The notes under the pieces are model-generated. The model did no database searches. It worked only from the letters and a program-made list of their open reading frames with translations, and was not told the origin of the DNA. Made by a program: the position numbers and the translations under genes. From positions 36,952,001-37,016,000 of the forward strand of contig OZ024747.1 in assembly GCA_964016885.1 (NCBI GenBank): 64,000 nt of DNA, written 5' to 3'. Each line of letters begins with the position of its first letter. The stretch's first letter is position 1. Source of the stretch: Eledone cirrhosa (Eukaryota). Shown one piece after another: positions 13,262 through 25,745 of this stretch.

Positions 13262-16200
13262 CAGTTGCATTTATCTTGCTTTATGTTCATACGAGTTATC
13301 ACCAAGTCACAACCAGTGACCTCAAGAGACATAAAGGTCCGCCATGTTCAAGAAAGGACATACATACTCACACATGCATCTTTCGTGTTTAGACTTGTGA
13401 TGTACTTATATTGACAGAATCTTCCTTAGTATATGGGCAGTTCCCATTAGTACTATCTTTGTATTTCTCCTATACGCGGGTTTCCTGGGATTTGCGATAA
13501 GTAATCATTAGACCCCTTAGGTATCATTCCCGGAGCGCCTACAACCACTGGTATTGTTTTAGTTCTCAATTTCCACATTTTTCCAATTTCTATCTCCAGA
13601 TCCTTATACTTGCTGAATTTTTCAAATGTTTTTATAGATATATCAATTAGCAGGCATACCCTCTTTTTGAAGTCCTTCAATATTATATCAGGTCTATTTG
13701 CATCTATTTTTCGGTCTGTTTGGATGCTAGAGTTCCACAAGATTGAGATGTGATCTTTTTAAAGTATGTGAGGTGGTTGATGCTCCCACCAGTTCTTTTG
13801 ATGGGGCAGGTCAAAATGCTTACACATTATCCAATGTATGTATTGTGCAGCTCTGTCATGCCTGTTTAGGTATCCGGTTGGAGCTATAGGACTGCACATT
13901 GAAATTATATGGTCAATGGTCTCTGGTTGTTTTTTGCATACACGGCATAATGGGTTTCATCCATTTTTTATTATGTTGGCTTGGTAATTTTTGTTGGCAG
14001 ACACTGATCTTGTGCTGATATAATCAGTCCTTCAGTCTCCAATTTCAGTCCAGAGGATGCCAACCACTGATGGGTTAAAGTGTTGTCAACATCAGGATTG
14101 TTAGCTCGTTCTGGGTATTTTCAATACAGAGGCTTTTCTTGCCATTTCTTAGCCAGTTTCTGTAGCAGTTCTTTCTTTGCAGTTACTTTTACCTGCTTTG
14201 CTTTTTCTGTGTTTTCCATTTCAGCAGTAAATGGGACTTCTGAAATTTGTAGTCCATTACTGTATCTTTGTGCATCTTTTGTAATGGAATATGATCTTTT
14301 GATGCTTTCGTGTTTCAAAACGAGTTTGATCATCCAATCATGTGATTCCCTTAGATGTGTAGATAATCCAATTGTTACAGTTTTCAACGCAATGTCTGAC
14401 TGGATTAACCCACGTCCTCCTTCTTTCCTAGGGAGATATATTCTATCTGTATCTGTCTTAGGGTGATGCATTCTGTGCATGGTTAAGAATTTTCGAATTT
14501 TTGTATCGAGCCTACGGATCTCTGTGCTTGACCAGTTGATGACATTGTAACTGTCGGTTACTACTGGTATGGCAAGCGTGTTTATGGCATCGATCCTATT
14601 CCTTGCATTCAATTCCGTTCTTAAGATTGCTCTTACTCTGCGGTAACATTCCTTCCTTATCCTTTCCCTCATTGTCGAGTGCTTGATTCCGTCTCCTTCA
14701 CAAACACCTAGATAATTGTAAGTTTTTTCTTGATCAAGTTCTCTTATCACGTTCCCCCGATCAAGATTAATGTCTGAACTCTTCAGCAAATTTCCTCTGG
14801 TGAACGTTGCTATGGCGCATTTATCTAGTCCAAACTCCATTTTCATGTCATCACTGAACTGCTCCACAGTGGATAATAGCCCTTGCAATTGTTCATCATT
14901 TTTTGCAAATAGTTTCAGGTCATCCATGTAGAACAAGTGATTAATTGTTTTGTCATAGACTTTATATCCATGTTTTGTTTCATTGAGCATTTTACTTAAT
15001 GGTATAAGTGCGATGCAGAATAAAAGCGGTGATAAAGAGTCACCCTGAAAAATTCCACAATTAATATTAACTTCTCCAGCTTCCAGTGATTTTGTTTCAC
15101 TATTCAAAAGGAGTGTCGTTTTCCATGTCTTCATACTGAATGACAAAAACCACCTGGCAAAGGGTGATATTTTGAAAATCTCTAAACATTTTTCAATCCA
15201 ACTGTGTGGCAAACTATCGAATGCTTTTTTATAATCTATCCAAGCAATTGATAGATTTTTGTGTCTATTATGACAATTCTCCAGTATCATTTTGTTAACC
15301 AAAAGCTGATCCTTACAGCCATATGAGCCTCGTTTACACCCTTTCTGCTCAATGGGAAATAGGTCATTTGTTATCAGGTGGTCATATATGTATTCAGTTA
15401 GGACTGATGTTAACATTTTATACATTTTGGTCAAGCAAGTTATCGGTCTGTAATTTTTGGGATTGTTTGTCTCATCATTCTTCGGAAGCAGGAATGTAAT
15501 ACCGTTAACTAGCCATGATGGTATCTTTTCTGGCTCCTTAACTATTTCATTGTAAAGTTGGGCTAACAGCTCATGAGACTCTGTGAAGGCATTTATCCAA
15601 AAATTTTGTATTTTGTCTTTTCCTGGGGATTTCCATTTGCTGGTTTTTCTTAGAGCCAAGCGCAACTGTTCAACTGTTATATTTTCCCATATTTGTTCCT
15701 CGAGGTGAGCTGTATCTTTCATTTGTCTGTCTATCCATGGGGCATGTATGTTATGAACTTTTTCTTCGGCCCAAATCTTTTCCCAGAATTCTTGCACTTC
15801 CTCCTTGGGTGGTATTGTTTTAGCAGTTATTGTTGACTTACCAATTTTTCTGTAGAAGTTTCTTTGGTTGCTTTTGAACATATTATTGTCCTTATAGAAT
15901 CTAGATCGTTTTTCAGAGCGCCTTATACGAGCAGCTTTGGCCGACACTTTTTGCTTGATTATTTCTATCAGCATGTCTATGTCACTTGTTGATTTTATAC
16001 TGTACTTTCTTTTCAATTTTCTAAGTTTAGTTTGTTTAACATGTTCACCTACTTTATAGTTTGTTAAAATTTCTATGTCAGATCGGAGAAGGTTTATTTG
16101 GCGATTGATGTTCTCATGCCAAGTAGATTTCTTCTGGGAATTCCTTTGTTTTTTCATCTTCACTCCACATAAGTGAGTGGTGACTTTAGCCGATGCATAA

Positions 16201-18213
16201 TACAGATGATTTAAATCAGTAATGTGTAGTTTGTTTGTGATGATAATATTTTTGAGAATTATGTTAGTCTTGTGTATTATCATTTGGTTCTGTTTGGAGT
16301 TCTGGATCTTAGGGAGGGTGTCTCGTTGCCCCATGTCAGATTCTCTGATTTTCATCCATTCGATCATAATTTCATCATTCAAGTTGGCAAGTTCATTCTC
16401 ATTCATTTCTTTATCATTTACGATCTCATTATTTTCATTTGGAGTTTCATCTTGAGCATGCACTCCCTCCACTTTTTCGATCCTTTCTTTAATTTGTTCT
16501 GTTTGCCAGTGATTCCGCCCCAACCCTGGGATTCGAAGTGTTACAATTTACCTCGTTTTCACTGACACATGTTTCATTTTCCCTTCGCTGACTTTGTGCT
16601 AATAGCTTGATCTGATCAATTTCTATATCAGTTAGTAACTTTTTTTTTACAATATTTCTTCGTATATTGGCTAGTTTGTTACTGTCAATATAGCCTCTGT
16701 TTTCGGGATGTTTCTTTTTCCAGCAGATATATGTCTGTTCTGTATTCGATGTATTTGATGGGTAGTACATGGCAGTGTAAAAATTCTCAAGGACTTCTTT
16801 ATTATCTTCCCTTGACCATTTTTCTCTCTTTTTCTTTGGATTTCTTGGTGGTGAGCATGGAGGGCCAACAGTAGGAGTATTCCGTTTATGGGAGGTCTCC
16901 AGCTCCGAAGTGATGGGAAGGTTTGAACCATTAGCTGACTTTTCGACCCCAGTCTGGTTCCACTCTGAGGGACGCGGCCCTTTTTTACCCGGGTGACGGC
17001 CGATCCGGTATGAGATTTTATCATTAGACATTTACTTTATTTTGTCGCGTTTTATCCTTATCCGCCAAGGGGTAATCATTTCGTGTTACCACTTCTAGAA
17101 CGAGTGTCAACCAAGACTAGAGGGGTCGTTCTCCCCTAGAGACACGGCTATTCCCCGCCGGCCGCCATCCCGGTATTTCTTGGTCACGGGGTTTTCTTTT
17201 TTGTTGTTTTTTTAAATTGTTATTATCATGAGTGGTTCCTTAATGTGAGCATTGCGTGGCTTAAGAAGGAAATTATTAATAATTGTCTCCACTCCAGGCA
17301 CATGGCCAGCATTTACCCAGTGCATTACAATAATATAATATATTTTTTGCTGAAGTTGCCTGTTATTGTTGTTGGCCATGTCGGTGGTGGTGCTGGGGCT
17401 TTTTATATTGTTGGTGAGGAAGGGGGGAGCCAGCAGTCCCATAGTTGTTGACGTTTGGCCGGTGGCCGGGTCACTAAGTCAATCTATTTATATCTTTTGC
17501 TAGCCTCTCCCTTGTCTAGTGATACCGCTACCTTCCCCTTTCTTAAGTTAACAGGGGAATAGTGGTGGTAGCAATGAAGGAGTGGTGGCGGCGGTGATGG
17601 GATAGTGGTAGCAATGATGGATGGAGTAGTGACGGCGGTGGCGTTGTCGTTAGTGAGTTTTGTTGAATGGACTAGTTTTTTTGATATGTAGTATCTATGC
17701 GTTTGTGTCGCGTATGTTTAATATATGTGTTGAATAGACTAGTTTTGTTTGATCTGTAGTATCTATGCGTTTGTGTCGCGTATGTTTAATATATGTGTTG
17801 ACATATTCCCTTAATATTGGATTTAAACATTTTGTTAAAACTTGAAACAATAATAATAGTAATTATTATTATGATGCTGGGATTGGTGGTGGTGGTGGTG
17901 GAATTGCCGTTATCTGGCTGTTATATTTAGTGTACACAGCGGGGTGATGGGGTAGGTGGTGTATCAAGTTTCTGGTGTTGGTGAAATTGCTGTTATTTGG
18001 CTGTTCTATATAGTGTAGACAGAGGGGTTTTCTTCCATTTATAACCATTTTCTTTTTTGAATATAAAATATATAATACAAAATTTAATATTTGAGCGATA
18101 TAACAATATATTATGGATACGAAATTTTATGAGACTTGATTCGGTGATTTATGCATCATTTGTACTAAGAATTGTTATTTCACAATTGATTTAAATATGT
18201 TAAAAATCAAAAC

Positions 18214-18216
<3 letters not shown>
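13262..18216 (-). mobile_element. R4/Dong-type family A, near full-length copy (A2) with about 1.2 kb 5' leader
   Basis: ORF pieces 16489-17031, 14121-16523, 13453-13740 (RT, CCHC, RLE RPDI...); (ATT)n at both ends. Confidence 0.93.
13398..17031 (-). pseudogene. Family A ORF (N-terminal KWSREDN myb-like region, RT, RLE), with frameshifts and stops
   Basis: Provided ORF translations; frame breaks near 16500 and 14121. Confidence 0.88.
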
Positions 18217-18273
<57 letters not shown>

Positions 18274-18274
<1 letters not shown>

Positions 18275-19013
18275 AGTTGCATTTATCTTGCTTTATGTTC
18301 ATACGAGTTATCACCAAGTCACAACCAGTGACCTCAAGAGACAACAAGGTCCGCCATGTTCAAGAAAGAACATACATACTCACACATGCATCTTTAGTGT
18401 TTAGACTTGTGATGTACAGAATCTTCCTTAGTATATGGGCAGTTCCCATTAGTACTATCTTTTGTATTTCTCCTATACGCGCGTTTCCTGGGATTTGCAA
18501 TAAGTAATCATTAGACCCCTTAGGTATCATTCCCAGAGCGCCTACAACCACTGGTATTGTTTTAGTTCTCAATTTTCACATTTTTCCAATTTCTATCTCC
18601 AGGTCCTTATACTTGCTCAATTTTTCAAATGTTTTTATAGATACATTCTTGTCTATTGGAACAGACATATCAATTAGCAGGCATACCCTCTTTTTGAAGT
18701 CCTTCAACATTATATCAGGTCTATTTGCATCTATTTTTCGGTCTGTTTGGATGCTAAAGTTCCACAAGATTGAGATGTGATCTTTTTCAAGTATGGGAGG
18801 TGGTTGATGCTCCCACCAATTCTTTTGATGGGGCAGGTCAAAATGCTTACACATTATCCAATGTATGTATTGTGAAGCTCTGTCATGCCTGTTTAGGTAT
18901 TCGGTTGGAGCTATATGACTGCACATTGAAATTATATGGTCAATGGTCTCTGGTTGTTTTTTGCATACACGGCATAATGGGCTGCATCCATTTTTTATTA
19001 TGTTGGCTTGGTA

Positions 19014-19017
<4 letters not shown>
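18274..19017 (-). mobile_element. Family A, 5'-truncated 3'-end copy (A3)
   Basis: Near-identical to 13262-13990; CRVCKKQPETIDHIISMC and RLE motifs; (ATT)n on both sides (18214-18273, 19018-19065). Confidence 0.93.
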
Positions 19018-19053
<36 letters not shown>

Positions 19054-19065
19054 GTTGTTGTTATT

Positions 19066-22000
19066 CCTTGAATCTCAGTCATTGATGTTGGTTAACTGGA
19101 AAGTCCGTTGGATTGAATATCAAGCCACTACCTGCAGCCTCAGATATTCAGGACGTATCGGAGGGTTCTTGCTGTTCCAAGCAAGCATGCCTTTTGAAGC
19201 GTTCCAAAAAGCGTGAAGGGGCCGATTTTCTTTAACCATCCCTGGAAACTTTTGGAGATAGTCCCCAGTGCGCCTATGACAATCGGGATCACTTTGACTT
19301 CATGGCAGTTCCAAATCCTTTTCACCTCCCACTTTAGGTCCTGGTATCGGTTAATTTTCTCCCTCTCCTTCTCTTGCACTCTCGTGTCGAACGGGCAGGC
19401 TACATCCACAATCAGACACGATCTTTTTTCTTTGTCCACAACCACCAGGTCAGGTCTATTGTGTTCCAGTTTTTTGTCCGTCTGTATCCTAAAATCCCAC
19501 AGCACCTTCACCTGATTGTTCTCCATCACCGCCTCTGGCCTATGCTCATACCATTTCTCAGAATGTGGTAAATTGTTTACTTTGCACAGGTGCCAGTGGA
19601 TCACCCTGCCCATCACATCGTGTCACCAGCCCTTATAGTGGGTCTGGGCTAGGTGTTTACACTCGGACACAATGTGAGCCACAGTCTCCTCTCTCTCTCC
19701 ACAGATCCTGCACAGTGGGCTAGCCTCCTCCTTGTAAATATGGTGCTTCAACCACTTCGTTTTGACGGCCTGCTCCTGCGCAGCCATTAGCATTCCTTCT
19801 GTAGCCTTTTTGAGGTCTCCTCTTCTCAACCAGTTCCATGTCTGTGGATCTCTAAATTCAGTTTTCTCAAAGAAGGTACTATGAAGGGATTTTCCCTTAA
19901 GGCTGCTCTTCCTCCTTGATGTTATTTCCTCCTTGGACATCCCCTGGCCTACTGTCCCCTCCTTCAGTACAGTTCTGAGCATTGGCTCCTTACTATAGGG
20001 CACGTATTTGTATAGGTTGTTTTTCTCCATCTGAACACAGTCCTCTATGCTGATAAGACCTCTTCCACCCTCAGATCTCCTTAGGTAGAGTCTATCGACA
20101 TCACTCCTCTTGTGGAACATGTTGTAGATAGTCAATAGCTTCCTAGTCTTCCTATCCATTTCTTTTTTTTCAGCAACATTCCATCTCAGAATTCCCGCAC
20201 TGTACCTAATAATAGACACAGCTCGGGAATTTATTGCGCTTATGGCATTTCTGCTGTTCAGATGTGACTTCAATACGCTCCTTACTCTCCGATTGTATTC
20301 AGTTCTTAACAATTCCTTCATTTTTTTGTTCTTTATGCCATCAACCTCCAGAACGCCCAAATACTTGTATCCTTCCTCAGAATCAATTTCCTTTATCATC
20401 TCACCTGCTGGTATCTGGATCCCGTTACTTCTGCTCAACCTACCCCTCCTCATCACAATGACTCCACATTTACCAATACCAAACTGCATACATATATCAC
20501 TGCTGAAAATACGGACAGTGTCAACAAGCACATCCAACTCCTTCTCACTTTTCCCGAAGAGCTTAAGATCGTCCATGAAGAGGAGGTGATTGATGGTAAG
20601 CTATCCCCTTCCCAACTTGTATCCTGCTCTCACTTTTCGCAGCATAATGGTCAAGGGCATCAGGGCAAGGACAAACAACAGAGGGGACAGGCTATCTCCC
20701 TGGAAGATACCTTTCTTGATCTTCACGCTTCCCAAGGATACTCCAGTTGATGTCAACTCTGTCTCCCAGGACCCCATACTCCTGCCTAGCCACTGTCTGA
20801 TGTTATCTGCCACCCTGAAGATCTCCAGGCTTTTGGTGATCCAAGAATGAGGCACCATGTCAAATGCCTTTCTGTAGTCTATCCATCCCATGGCAAGATC
20901 AGTGTGTCTCCTCCTGCAATTCCCCATTACCATCTTATCAATAAGTAACTGGTCCTTTGTACCACGTGACTTCTTTCGGCATCCTTTCTGTTCGTCCGGT
21001 AACAAGTTGTTTGTGTGGAGGTGATGGTAGATGTCCTCAGACACAATGCTCGTCAACAGTTTCCACATCACGGACAGACATGTGATAGGTCTATAGTTGG
21101 TAACATCATTACCCTTGATTCGGTCTTTCATTATCAAAACTGTGGTACCTTTTGTCAACCACTCTGGCACCTCACCCGACACCAAGCAGTCATTGAACAT
21201 GGCCGTCAGCTTCGGGTGGAGGGATGTTAAATGTTTAATCCAATACCCCTGCACACCATCTGGGCCTGGTGATTTCCAGTTGGTTAGTTTTTTGGCCTGC
21301 CCCTTAAGAGTTTCAACTGTGATACTCAAATCAGTTTGTTGTTGTGCCTGCTCACCGATCTCCCTCTGTACTGTCTCAATCCACCCTGCCTGGACATTAT
21401 GTCTAACATCCTGCTCCCATATTCCTCTCCAGAATGTTTTAGTTTGCTCCGCCCCAGGGATCAAGTCGTTGCCTCTTTCTTTCCCCTCAAGCTGTCCAAA
21501 CAGCATCTTCTGGTTGTTGTCGAACATGCGGTTCTGTTTATACTGACTGACTCTGTTCTCGTATCGCCTGATTTTTGCACTCTTTGCTACAATGCGTTGC
21601 TTCAGTTCCTCTATGATAATATTTAGCTTTTTCCTCCTAGTTTTGTATTTTATTTCCAGTCTATTTTTAGTGCCTATGTTTTTTAGTGTCCCATTCAGTA
21701 GTGACTCAAGCTTTCCTATGTCATTTCTCATTTCCCCGATTTGCCCACTCAGTCGCTTCTTCCACCACGGCTCTGCTCTTTCTTGTCTGTTGTTTCCTCT
21801 CGCTTTTATACCAAGTAGTTTCCTCACCGTATTTGCTGTTGCTTTGAGGATATTGTTGCACTGGTGAAGGCTCCTCGCCTCAAGGTATGGGATGACTTTG
21901 TTTACCTTAGCTGTTGTTTCTTTTAACTTTTTCCTGTCTACAAATCTTAGGTTCATAGGTCTCCCACTATCATTGTTCAATTCATCTACCACTAAATTTA

Positions 22001-23617
22001 GGATGTCAACCGAATCTTGTCCTAGCCCGTCAGCATTCATCTCCTCAGTGGCTGTATCTCTGTTCCAGGTATTATTTATCTCAGTATTCAGATCATTGTC
22101 TGCTTCGGGTGGTTCCTCCGTTCTCAGGACCTCTTCACCTTCATTTCCCACTGGCTCGCTTGTCTGGCATACTACACCCGCCATCTCCAAGCCATTCTCT
22201 CTGCTCAGTTCCTCCAGTTCCAGCTCGCTTATCCACCCATTAGTTCTTATTACCCGAGCCTGCCCGGCCAATTTTTGTTCATCTAATTTAAATAAACCAA
22301 TCTCGTTCCAGATGTTATGCATCCGTCTCCTGTAGCCCCTCGCCTTGGGGTTACTTTTCAGGTAACATTCCATAACAGTTCTATTCAATTCTTTCGTCCA
22401 GTTGGTTCTGGCCTCTTTCCTTCTTCTCCTTCCTCCAACATCAGCAGTATTTGGTTGACAGTCAGGTTCCTGCTGCTGAGCCAGGGGGCACCTGTTGGGT
22501 GAGAGTCTGTCACATGACGTTCTAGTCTCCATTTCACCGTTATTCGAACTGTTTATGTTCGATATTTAAACACTCTTATCGAGGATTGGCGAATGTATGG
22601 TTACATAGCCATCTGTGGATCCGCCATTCCACTTGGCCCTTGTGTGGCATTATCACCACGCTGTATACGAACACACATAAACAAACAAACACACAGGCAG
22701 AAAGGGCCCCAAAAATGAATAAGCATAAGTTTCATTGTAATGTAGTGTTCGAATGTCTGACTTAGTTTTTTGTTTTTTAAGTTTTAGTTTTTCCCCCCTC
22801 TTCTCTGTCCGTCCGCCTGCTTCTCTCTTCATTCTTATTTTCTTTACGTTTTTTGGGGTTTTTTTTTTTTGTTTTTGTTTTGGTTTTTCTCTGTTTGTTT
22901 TTCTCGTTTTTTGCTGTTGTTGCTGTGCTGCTTTGGTTTTGTTGTTTGTTTTTTCTTTTTTCTTTTGAGTCTATCTATATATTTTGATGCCTTCCTCTTT
23001 TTTAGCAGTAGGGATTCTATAATGTGGTGGCAGCAGCCAGCTAGAAGAAGTGGGTGACTGGCGGCGGTAGCGATACTGAGACAGTGGTGGTGGTGATGTC
23101 GATACCGAGGCAGTGGTGGCGGTGATGTGACCGTATTACTGTAGTGATGGTGCTGTAGCGGTGGTAGCAGTGAAGGAGTGAAGGGGTGGTGGCGGCGGTG
23201 ATGGGATAATGGTGGTAATGGTGGCCGTAGTGAGCGGTGGTGGTGAAAATGCCGTTATCTGGCTGTTGTGTTTAGTGTACACAGGTGATGGGGTGGGTGG
23301 TGTATCTAGTTTCTGGTGCTGGTGAGTTTGGCTGTTCTATATAGTGTAGACAGAGGAGTGGAGGGGGGGGGGGTTCTTCTTCCATTTATAGCCATTTTCT
23401 TTTTTGGATATACAGTGTACAATACAAAGTTGAATATTTGAATATTTGAGCCTTATAACAATACATTTTGGGTCCGAATTTTTTGGGGCTCAAGCCGGGT
23501 GCTTTACGTAGCATTTGTACTAAGAGTTGTTATTTCACAAATGATTTAAATATGTTAAAAATTCAAAACTTACGGGAGCGATTTCATGACCTCCGCCACC
23601 TCGTGCGTCTTCTTCCC
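19066..23617 (-). mobile_element. Family B, apparently full-length copy (B2)
   Basis: ORF pieces 20601-22532, 19623-20576, 19140-19616 in one frame broken by point stops; about 1.1 kb 5' leader; (ATT)n on both sides. Confidence 0.94.
19140..22532 (-). pseudogene. Family B ORF (RT + CCHC + RLE) with two premature stops
   Basis: Collinear with the open B1 frame; stops at about 20601 and 19623. Confidence 0.9.
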
Positions 23618-23676
<59 letters not shown>

Positions 23677-25745
23677 GGCTGTCAGTCAGTGAAGGCCTGT
23701 GTTTGGAGCTCCGCAAAAGTAGGAAATTTTCTGTTTATATTTTAATTTTCTTTTTCATTTATAATAATTGTTGTATTCTTTGAAAAATGTCGGAAGACTT
23801 CCGAGCATTTTTTTGTATTTAAAAAAAATTCTCGAAATTAAACATGGCTGAGCCACGCCACTAACTTTAAGTCTGCTGTCGTGTCACAGCGACCTAAATG
23901 TTGAGAGGAGGGAAGCGGCAAACACATTGATTTATACTACAAATTCATTTTTCATTTAGCAGCACCACCACAAACAGCATGACAGCTGCAGCAGCAATAC
24001 CAATAGTAAGAACAATAACCTTAAAATAACAAAAACGACATCACCAACCAAAGCAGCAACAGCGATAACCAAAGACAGCCAACAGAAATGATGACAACAA
24101 AAACAACAACGAAATTAACACCACTAACAAGAACATAAACAGCGACAGCACAAACAGCAACAATACTAACTGCACCGAGAACAACAACGGCGGCACCAAA
24201 GATATAATCAACTACAACAGTGATAACAGAAACAACACCAACAATAAAAACGACAACAACAACACCAACAGAACCAACGACAACAACAAGAACACTTTCG
24301 CTGCTGCAGCAGCCAACAAGAGGCCATGCTTCAGCATGGACCTCTCGAACAAAGATGAAGAGTTGACACAGGCCTGGAAGCTCATCAAGCAAAAGCAAAC
24401 CTAGGCCAACTTAATTGTCCCGGTAGAAGCTATTGAAGCAGTGGAGAGCAGAACAGTGCATTACAGATGCATATCAGCAGAAACCAAGAAGGCAGCTTTA
24501 ATTGCACAAGTAGATGTCGAAGTGACGCTCATGTGCATCAGGGATTACACCGAATACATAGCGATAAGCTGTTTAAGTCAGAAGCCCTCGCTATGAAACA
24601 TGCTATGACACCTTGCAAAACCAGCAAGCTCATAATGTACACCTCCCACATGGGAAAAAGAACAGCTCGTCTCTGTATTCCCAGGATCCCACCAGGACTT
24701 GACATGTGGTGGCTTCTGGGAGATGTGATTGTGGAGGGGCCGGAAACAATCCCGATAGAAGTGACAAGAACTGCCAGAGAGGACTGGTCCAGGGTTGACC
24801 TGGAGATATTTCTCCAGATCAGGCCGGAGAAACAATACCGGACCACACCGTCTTCAGAACTGGACGGTAATTAACATTATGACTGAGGAGAAAAGGCAGC
24901 ATTGTTTCGTTTGCGGGGAAAAAAACCTATTTGCGAGCATTCTGCCCTCAACTGCTTAAAGATGCAAGGGGTCGAAGGGTTCCACTGCTGCCGACTTCGA
25001 GGCGACGACCACCACCAACATTAACCACCCAGGGAGGAAACGAAGAAAGTTGTCAAATTACCCCCTCCCCCTTCAATAATACACACATCAATAAAAACAT
25101 AAACACACACACAGACACACTTACAGACCTCATCTACCCCTCATCTACCAGTAGTGAAGATGAGGGAAAACCAAAATCCCCAAAAATACAAAAAAGAAAA
25201 AACAAAATGAAAAAAACTCCACAAAGCACAAAAACACCCACAATAAAAAAAAAGCTGACACCACCCACGCCAACATCTCCCCAACAACACCAACATCAAC
25301 ACCACCATCACCATCACCATCACCATCACCAGACTCTCCCAAACGCAAACAACCTAAACCGACGCAAGAACAAATACACACACACAAACATCTGAAACCA
25401 CAGACACCGCACTCACAACAAACACAGACACAACCGAAACAACACCATCAAAACCATCACCTCCACAGCCACACAAACAAATAAAATCACACAAAAAATG
25501 CAGAACTTCGTATCGTCAGAAGGGCCAACAAGGAATTGATGGCCCTCGTTGCACGAGGTAAAGAAATACAAACAGAAAGGGGACATTTTTAAATAGAGCA
25601 CATTTCGCGTGCCGGAAGATTTGTTTCCGGTGCGAATGTCACTCAATTTCTACAGAGAGATTCGAGACAGCTGTCCTCGCGACGTGGGAAGTCCCAACGT
25701 AAAACCCACATCAAGACCTTTAAAGAGGTTCCCAAAAGAAACCCC
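23677..25745 (+). mobile_element. Second, diverged Tx1-like element (D): 5' leader and decayed ORF1 only, cut off by a Penelope-like element
   Basis: Starts right after (ATT)n 23618-23676; ATGGCT at 23844; REDW motif and CFVCGEK..LRAFC knuckle parallel ORF1 of C; FYREIRDSCPRDVG resembles LYTNIKTKFPNAVG of C. Confidence 0.75.
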
